44,544 bases of DNA from Candidatus Hermodarchaeota archaeon (GTDB lineage: Archaea > Asgardarchaeota > Thorarchaeia > Thorarchaeales > Thorarchaeaceae), in contig JBHLLF010000023.1 in assembly GCA_048885865.1 (NCBI GenBank), positions 1 through 44,544 of the forward strand. Direction: 5' to 3'. Within the stretch, counting starts at the first letter, position 1. Each line of letters opens with the position of its first letter. Under the pieces are notes generated by a model that was not told where the DNA came from, ran no database searches, and saw nothing but the letters and a program-made list of their open reading frames with translations. Made by a program: the position numbers and the translations under genes. Shown here in pieces: positions 41,801-44,544 of this stretch.

Positions 41801-42148
41801 TCACCTTGTGAGTAGTCCTTGTGGTCTAATCTTGGAAACATATCTGCAATCATATACGGTTCTTATCCTTGTACCAGTCCTTCCTCCAAGTGGAAGTGAC
41901 ATCTTCACTCGTGCCCCGTATATCCTTGCATATAATGCCTCGACAAGATAGACTTCAGCAAAGATCACAATGAAGAGTAATCCAGGATAATAGAACACAG
42001 GAATCATCAGGACTCCCATTGTGATCAATCCCATAAAGGCCTCAAAGTACCTGCGCGACGCACCAAGCGCAGTCATAGGCAATGATGTCGACGCAATAGG
42101 CACTCGCATTGGCCCGGTCACTTCGAATTTTGATACCATAAATATCAC
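41801..42148 (-). CDS. Small membrane protein, tandem paralog 1
   Basis: Same core as 41448-41792. Confidence 0.8.
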   Translation of the reverse strand: MIFMVSKFEVTGPMRVPIASTSLPMTALGASRRYFEAFMGLITMGVLMIPVFYYPGLLFIVIFAEVYLVEALYARIYGARVKMSLPLGGRTGTRIRTVYDCRYVSKIRPQGLLTR

Positions 42149-42277
42149 ATCGTATTACGTATCGACAATACGTGATATAAGTATTTCGATTACATAATAC
42201 GATATGAATCTGGAGGGAATTCTGTGAATCGAGCCGATGTAGTTATCAATCATACATACATCGATTTGTCGAGCAGA

Positions 42278-42658
42278 ATGAAGATAACAAAAGTGATCCG
42301 TGCTCATGAAACTGAGATTACGAAGACCCTAGCTGCAAAGAAAGGAGAATCGCTTGAGGGCATAGAAAAGGAAACAAAGTGGGAAGGATGGCTCTGGTGT
42401 CGAAATAAGGCGGATGTATATGGATGGGTACCAAAGTCCTATCTAGAACCTTTACCGGAACGAGGAAAATACCAGTTACTCCAGGACTATACCTCTAGGG
42501 AATTGAAGGGTCATCCTGGAGAAGAGGTGATGGTGCTCATTGAAGAGAGCGGATGGGCATGGGCACGAACGTCTCTTGGAGAGGAAGGCTGGATACCACT
42601 GGAGAATTTAGGTGATGTGACTACGCAGCCAGAGTCAGTCCCTGATCTGATGAAGTGA
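42278..42658 (+). CDS. Tandem SH3-like domain protein (start refined to ATG 42278)
   Basis: GWLWC...GWVPKSYL and DYTSREL...SGWAW...GWIPLENL. Confidence 0.82.
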   Translation: MKITKVIRAHETEITKTLAAKKGESLEGIEKETKWEGWLWCRNKADVYGWVPKSYLEPLPERGKYQLLQDYTSRELKGHPGEEVMVLIEESGWAWARTSLGEEGWIPLENLGDVTTQPESVPDLMK

Positions 42659-42667
42659 GACGATTTT

Positions 42668-43024
42668 ATGGTGAAAAAGGAAGTTCCTCGATGCAGACAG
42701 GACTCATCTGTGCTATGTGATGATACCTGCGTCTACAAGAGAGTTCTGGCAGTTATTGGAAAGAAACACACTCTTGACATACTCAGAGTGCTGGGCTATG
42801 ACCGGACCGTCAGATTCAATGTTCTGCAAAATGAGATTAGAGGCAGTCCAAAGACCCTTACAGATCGCCTCAACGAGCTTTGCTCTCTAGGAATAATCAA
42901 ACGAGAAGCGTTTGCTGAAATTCCACCGCGTGTGGAATATTCATTGACAGAAAAGGGTCTGGATCTCACTCCTGTTATGGATGCACTGAGAGATTGGTCA
43001 TTGAAATGGGCTCCTCTAGGCTAG
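42668..43024 (+). CDS. HxlR-family winged-helix transcriptional regulator
   Basis: RFNVL, SPKTLTDRL, EIPPRVEYSLTEKG. Confidence 0.92.
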   Translation: MVKKEVPRCRQDSSVLCDDTCVYKRVLAVIGKKHTLDILRVLGYDRTVRFNVLQNEIRGSPKTLTDRLNELCSLGIIKREAFAEIPPRVEYSLTEKGLDLTPVMDALRDWSLKWAPLG

Positions 43025-43100
43025 GAGGCAAAACGATTACGCCGAACAGGCTGCTTAATAGATACTCATCCAATCACCTGGGTTCACTGAGTTGAGCTAG

Positions 43101-44156
43101 ATGTCCCAAGGAGAGCGTGAGTTTGAATACAAGACACTTGAGGACATGCTAATCGCTTCTATCAGAGCCCCTCTTTTCAAAAGAGATGAACTGAGGGAGA
43201 GGTTCAATCATCTCAAGGAGATCTGTGGTTCGAAGATATCTGGTCCTGCAATGATCATCTATCATTGGGACACAAATGTGAAGGAAGGTCTGGATGTAGA
43301 GGCTGCATATCCTGTTTCCGAGAATATTGAATCCGAGAGAGTTTCTTCAAGAGTTCTAGAGGGATATGAAGCATTCACCACAATTCACAGGGGTCCGTAT
43401 AAACAGCTATCCCTTGTGTTTAGAGAGTTACACGAGTTTCGTGCCTCCAGAGGACTAGCAGCTGAGCTTAATCCCCGTGAGGTGTACCTGACTGGTCCAT
43501 TTGAGAAGAATCCTGAGGGCAATGTGACTGAGCTCCAGACAACCGTCCATCCGTGGGAATACCGATTCAAGAAACGAGTCAAGGAAGTTCTAGGTGATGA
43601 CAAAGGGGCAAGAGTTTTACGTGGTGCTGAAGCAATCACCCCTTTCAGTACTGCCGCGGTGAGGAGTAAATGGGTCATAGCAGCGATAGAACGTCTTGAC
43701 AAGCTAGCTGATGAAGAGCAGAAGTGTGCAATCATCTCAAAATGCGCTCACGATAGACCTTTCGAAGATATACATCGATTCAAGGAGATATTCAAAGAAT
43801 CACAGGACATAGATAGGGTTCTAGAGGTCTACGGTGAAGATTTGCCTTGGCTTGAGAAGCCCTATCGCGAAGGCAAAATCCTGTATACCAGTAAGCCACC
43901 TGCTAATCGGGAGGAATACGACAAGGCTCAGACACAGGATGAGCTGATAAGGGCTGCATGCTTTTGTCCAATTGTACATGCTGCTCTTGAGAAGATGCCA
44001 CGTACTTTCTGCTATTGCGGAGCTGGCTGGGCCGAACAATTATGGAGTGAAGTCGTCGGTCAGTCTGTGAGAGTAGAAATTGTTGAAACTGTAGTTGACG
44101 GCGGAAGAATGTGCAAATTTGCAGTCTACCTCCCAGAATATGCAGTCAAGATGTAG
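43101..44156 (+). CDS. GyrI-like effector-binding domain fused to a CxC...FCYC (DUF6144/V4R-like) domain
   Basis: TIHRGPY, REVYL, VTELQ; ACFCP...FCYCGAG...ETVVDGGRMCKF. Confidence 0.8.
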   Translation: MSQGEREFEYKTLEDMLIASIRAPLFKRDELRERFNHLKEICGSKISGPAMIIYHWDTNVKEGLDVEAAYPVSENIESERVSSRVLEGYEAFTTIHRGPYKQLSLVFRELHEFRASRGLAAELNPREVYLTGPFEKNPEGNVTELQTTVHPWEYRFKKRVKEVLGDDKGARVLRGAEAITPFSTAAVRSKWVIAAIERLDKLADEEQKCAIISKCAHDRPFEDIHRFKEIFKESQDIDRVLEVYGEDLPWLEKPYREGKILYTSKPPANREEYDKAQTQDELIRAACFCPIVHAALEKMPRTFCYCGAGWAEQLWSEVVGQSVRVEIVETVVDGGRMCKFAVYLPEYAVKM

Positions 44157-44505
44157 GTCGTTCACTATCATCTGCATTCTGCTGCCCTCTCTCAAGAATG
44201 GGAATCACGTAGGTATGTAGACTTCCCGTCACTGGATCATACGTGACTCTCTTTAGAACACTGTCCAGTCTTTTCTCCACAGGATCCGTATCAAAGGACC
44301 TTGTCAGCAGCACAAGATGTGCTCCCTCGTCCATAATGAAGAGGATTGTCATCATTACGGTATGTGAGAGGTCAAGATTCCTTATACCATTGAGAATCTC
44401 ATCCGCCAAGTCCGTTGCTGCCTTACGAACCATGTCATCACTTGGAACACTCCGTCTGTCATGAATCATGTATCCCTTTGCCTCAAAATCAAGCTGTAGC
44501 CCCAT
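44146..44505 (-). CDS. Hypothetical protein (119 aa)
   Basis: ATG ORF convergent with 43101-44156; cttata TATA-like element upstream. Confidence 0.6.
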   Translation of the reverse strand: MGLQLDFEAKGYMIHDRRSVPSDDMVRKAATDLADEILNGIRNLDLSHTVMMTILFIMDEGAHLVLLTRSFDTDPVEKRLDSVLKRVTYDPVTGSLHTYVIPILERGQQNADDSERPTS

Positions 44506-44544
44506 GACACTTTGTGTGTATGAAGGGCATATAAGCTCCCAAGC

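Overview
Archaeal chromosomal window. The split Rpo1, TFB, eL30, C1:G72 tRNA-Tyr and BHB intron establish archaeal origin; Asgard/Thorarchaeia-like is my inference from the LRR, TPR and small-GTPase families. The right part (30.4-40.4 kb) is core: an intron-containing tRNA-Lys, then rpo2-rpo1N-rpo1C-rpl30e-nusA-(small membrane ORF)-rps12-rps7, with no rpo5 in front. The left part is accessory DNA organised around tRNA genes. tRNA-Arg, tRNA-Tyr and tRNA-Asp each have partial duplicates bracketing cargo genes (tRNA-Tyr twice, giving two tandem islands), and no integrase is visible. Island 1 is an opine-dehydrogenase plus B12-binding enzyme operon behind a long base-paired leader. The best candidate for an undescribed system is at 10.9-18.6 kb. 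Three minus-strand units share a promoter/leader architecture and begin with an upstream ORF. Two of those ORFs encode a conserved peptide (PIxEWxDIERRMAIxxRMS; one copy is missing from the ORF track). The units drive a KamA-like radical SAM enzyme and two extra TFB paralogs. All family calls are from motif recognition by eye; no database searches were run.
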